Of a DNA stretch of 64,000 bases, positions 52,346 through 64,000 are shown in pieces. Numbering within the stretch: position 1 is the first letter of the stretch; each line of letters starts with the position of its first letter. The notes beneath the pieces were generated by a model. It was given only the letters and a program-made list of their open reading frames with translations. It did no database searches and had not been told where the DNA came from. The DNA is from Macrostomum lignano (taxonomy: Eukaryota): NCBI GenBank assembly GCA_002269645.1, contig NIVC01002684.1:1-64000 (forward strand), read 5' to 3'. A program made the position numbers and the translations under genes.

Positions 52346-52640
52346 CAGGGGCGTCGCCACCGGGGGACAAGGGGGACATCCCCCCCCCCCAACCCAACCT
52401 ATTGTGACCCGTTGTGGAAATAAAAAAATTGCTTGCTTCAGGGCGACAAAATGCTTCAGGGTGTGGCTGCGGCGCCAAAATCAGTGACTGCAGCGCTAAA
52501 ATGAGTGACTGCGGCGCCAAAATGAGTGACTGCGGCACTAAAATGAGTGCTGACAATACCGATTCTGAAAATAATGTACATGTACATGTAGAATTCTTGG
52601 CTTTATCCCCCCCAACGTAAAATCCATGGCGACGCCCCTG
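52346..52640. mobile_element. hAT-like MITE (295 bp)
   Basis: 14-bp perfect TIR CAGGGGCGTCGCCA / TGGCGACGCCCCTG and a short internal tandem repeat. No convincing TSD. Confidence 0.7.
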
Positions 52641-53866
52641 ATTCTAATGTTAGATTTAGTTTTAAGCCAGAATCGGCTGCTACATGCATAAAATTGCGAC
52701 TATGCAACCAATATTTCGAGTCCGGATTACAGATGCGAGTAACTATATACGTACTGTATATTTAATGCCGTCCGCTTGTAAAAACCAATAAACTTAACAA
52801 ATACGTTCGTACAAGCAACACACGCTCCATTAGGTTGTGCGTTCCATACATGTAAAATTACTGCAACGAACCTATATAGACCCATGAACTCGCTTTGCAG
52901 GCTTCTATAAAGGTACAGCAGTCCCCGTTAAGCCGCTCAGAACTTGCTCAGGCGAAAAATGTTCTTATTATAGCGCTCGTGATTGCGTCATGCTTGACTG
53001 CTTGCGAGTTTCTCCATTAGGACACGAAGCTGTAAAACTGATTGATATGCTCGCCCATATTCCTCCGATCAGCAGGGCGTCGTCTGAACGCTTTTTCTGA
53101 GGCCGTACAATGCCTTTCACATTTATTTAGCTATATATAGTCACGAACAACAAAACAGCCATGAAAAGGTCGGGCTTCACACGATGTTAAGAATTTTTTC
53201 TCAAAGATTTCCATTGCCTGCATGTACCAGCGTATATGCAAATATTAATTACGGATGAAACAATTAAAATATTGTTTGCAATTGGGAAAGATGATGTAAG
53301 GAGCTATTACAACAATAGGTTAGCAGACTGTCACAGCTGCTATTGACAATGTCGGCTAAAATGTATTCGACACACACACGCAGCGCAGGGACTGTTGAAA
53401 CAAATACACTACGGTATTGAATGCTTTAAAAAATAGAATGATGGCTGATTCACTCTCAGGCATCGGGTTGGATGACAGCTCACGCGCGCGAAAAAAGCTG
53501 ACTAACAAAAATTCGACTGCGCGGCGAGTATTTTGCTGAAAAGACACAGCTGCCACGTGGGTGGCACGTGACTGTACAACTGGTGACTTTGACTCGTATC
53601 CATAGCGACAGGGGTTAGCAGTGTGACACAGGACGCACAATACGAGAGTACGATCGACAACAAATACATGTGCGCTGGGTTACGAGCATCAGTTTTGCTC
53701 AATTTCGAGCATTGCAAGCTCCAGCTGGCTAATAGAGGCTCAACTGCAGGCTCTTGATGACAACCTCCGGATTGAAGCGTGAACAATTATAGAGCTCGAA
53801 AAACTGCAGTTCGGAGACAAGTCTCACGGTCTAGTGAGCTCAGATTCTTTGCTATTCGGCGTCATT

Positions 53867-62489
<8,623 letters not shown>

Positions 62490-63442
62490 GTCGAAGTCAC
62501 GGCGGCAGCTGCGGGCAGCCCTGTGGAAGCAGATCGGGGTTACAAGTCTCTTTAATCTCATTTCTTGTCAAGGATTCCACAGATTCATCGCCCTCTCACC
62601 TGTCCAGTGCAGCTAATCCAAGTGCTTCCTTCTCTTCGTTACCTTCTACTGTCTCGGCCTTCTTTTCCTATCCGCTCCAGGCGTGCTGAGCCGGCCTGAA
62701 TTGGTGGCAGCCCAAAGAAGAAGCAGAAAGCAGAAATTAAATGCAGCAGCGGCTCTGCCAGCGCCTGATTGGCTGCGAGCGAATTGAACCCAACCTCAAC
62801 CCGATGCACTTCGTTCAGTCATTGAATTATTCATTTCTCCACCTTTGCCTCTCTCTCTCTCCCTCTCTGCTAAGCCCAGCCGACTTTCCAGAATGCATCG
62901 TAGCGACCAGGCAGGTGGGCTTGCACTGGCCGTATCCTGATGATTTCTGAAGGTTCTGAGTAAACTTTTATAGCAAATTTGAGATTCCACTTTCAAATCC
63001 GTGATTTGAAATCAACCAGTTTTTGTCTGGATAAATACAGATAAATACAGCAGTTGAATTTCCACTCCAGTTGTGCCAATTAAAGGAATATCAATGGCAA
63101 TTTCTCAAGCACATATTCACGCCTCTCGCTGGCCAGGTGTTGAGAGTCTTCCAGCCTATTTCTGTCCGCAACCTGCACCTTCCACTCAATTCTGATTCTC
63201 TACTCTTCCTGCCTGATTTCTCCTACTGCAGCCCCCGATTCATCCTGGCTCAGAGCGCGGCATCAGGCTGTGCTTGTGAGCTGAGCCGTTAGAGTGCGAG
63301 AGGCAAAGTCGCGTGACTTTGCGGAAGTTTTTATGCGTTCTAAAACTTGCTTAGCACTCAATTCTAGTGAAATACGAGTAGTTTTCCATATATTGTCTAC
63401 TACTTACAGTTACCTGTATATAGGACACCCCTACTGTATCCG

Positions 63443-64000
63443 CTTGCAGGACACTCAAGACCGATTGCAGGACACTCAAGACCGATTGTAGGACACTCAA
63501 GACCGGTTGCAGGACACTCAAGACCGATTGCAGGACAATAAAGACCGATTGCAGGACACTCAAGACCGATTGCAGGACACTCAAGACCGATTGCAGGACA
63601 CTCAAGACCGATTGCAGGACACTCAAGACCGATTGCAGGACACTCAAGACCGATTGCAGGACACTCAATACCGATTGCAGGACACTCAAGACCGATTGCA
63701 GGACACTCAAGACCGATTGAAGGACACCCATGCTGTATCAGATTGCAGGACACTCAAGACCGATTGCAGGACACTCAAGACCGATTGCAGGACACTCAAG
63801 ACCGATTGCAGGACACTCAAGACCGATTGCAGGACACTCAAGACCGATTGCAGGACACTCAAGACCGATTGCAGGACACTCAAGACCGATTGCAGGACAC
63901 TCAAGACCGATTGCAGGACACTCAAGACCGATTGCAGGACAATAAAGACCGATTGCAGGACACTCAAGACCGATTGCAGGACACTCATGCTGTATCAGAT
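63443..64000. repeat. 21-bp minisatellite (GCAGGACACTCAAGACCGATT)
   Basis: About 25 copies running to the window end. Confidence 0.95.

Overview
This is intron-containing animal genomic DNA, not prokaryotic: it has GT-AG introns, no operons, no rRNA or tRNA genes and no CRISPR array. GC-rich exons, introns packed with minisatellites and scattered 1-bp indels suggest a long-read draft assembly of a repeat-rich invertebrate, plausibly a Macrostomum-like flatworm (inference only). I reconstructed nine protein-coding genes by hand from splice sites and reading phase. (1) The 3' half of a TRIM9/67-like E3 ligase with several 1-bp frameshifts. (2, 3) Two divergent DEG/ENaC channels on opposite strands. 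(4) A mucin + 2xFN2 type I membrane protein. (5) A Frizzled-5/8-type CRD-only protein with a 15x Ser-Gly/acidic repeat. (6) A Lys/Asp-rich type I membrane protein. (7) A degenerate EF-hand myosin-light-chain-like protein. (8) NDUFB4. (9) A rhodopsin-type peptide GPCR. Mobile DNA comprises a solo LTR with a 4-bp TSD, two RTE-like LINE remnants, CORE-like tRNA-SINEs, several hAT-type MITEs (8-bp TSDs where seen) and a larger TIR element. About 30 tandem arrays are present, and 13 of 15 coding introns carry one. Most ORFs in the supplied track are artefacts of these arrays. The most interesting observations are a minimal type I hammerhead ribozyme (51445-51488, minus strand), the putative Frizzled-CRD proteoglycan Wnt decoy, and two orphan membrane proteins that share a post-TM phase-2 intron and a [ST]YGG tail motif.
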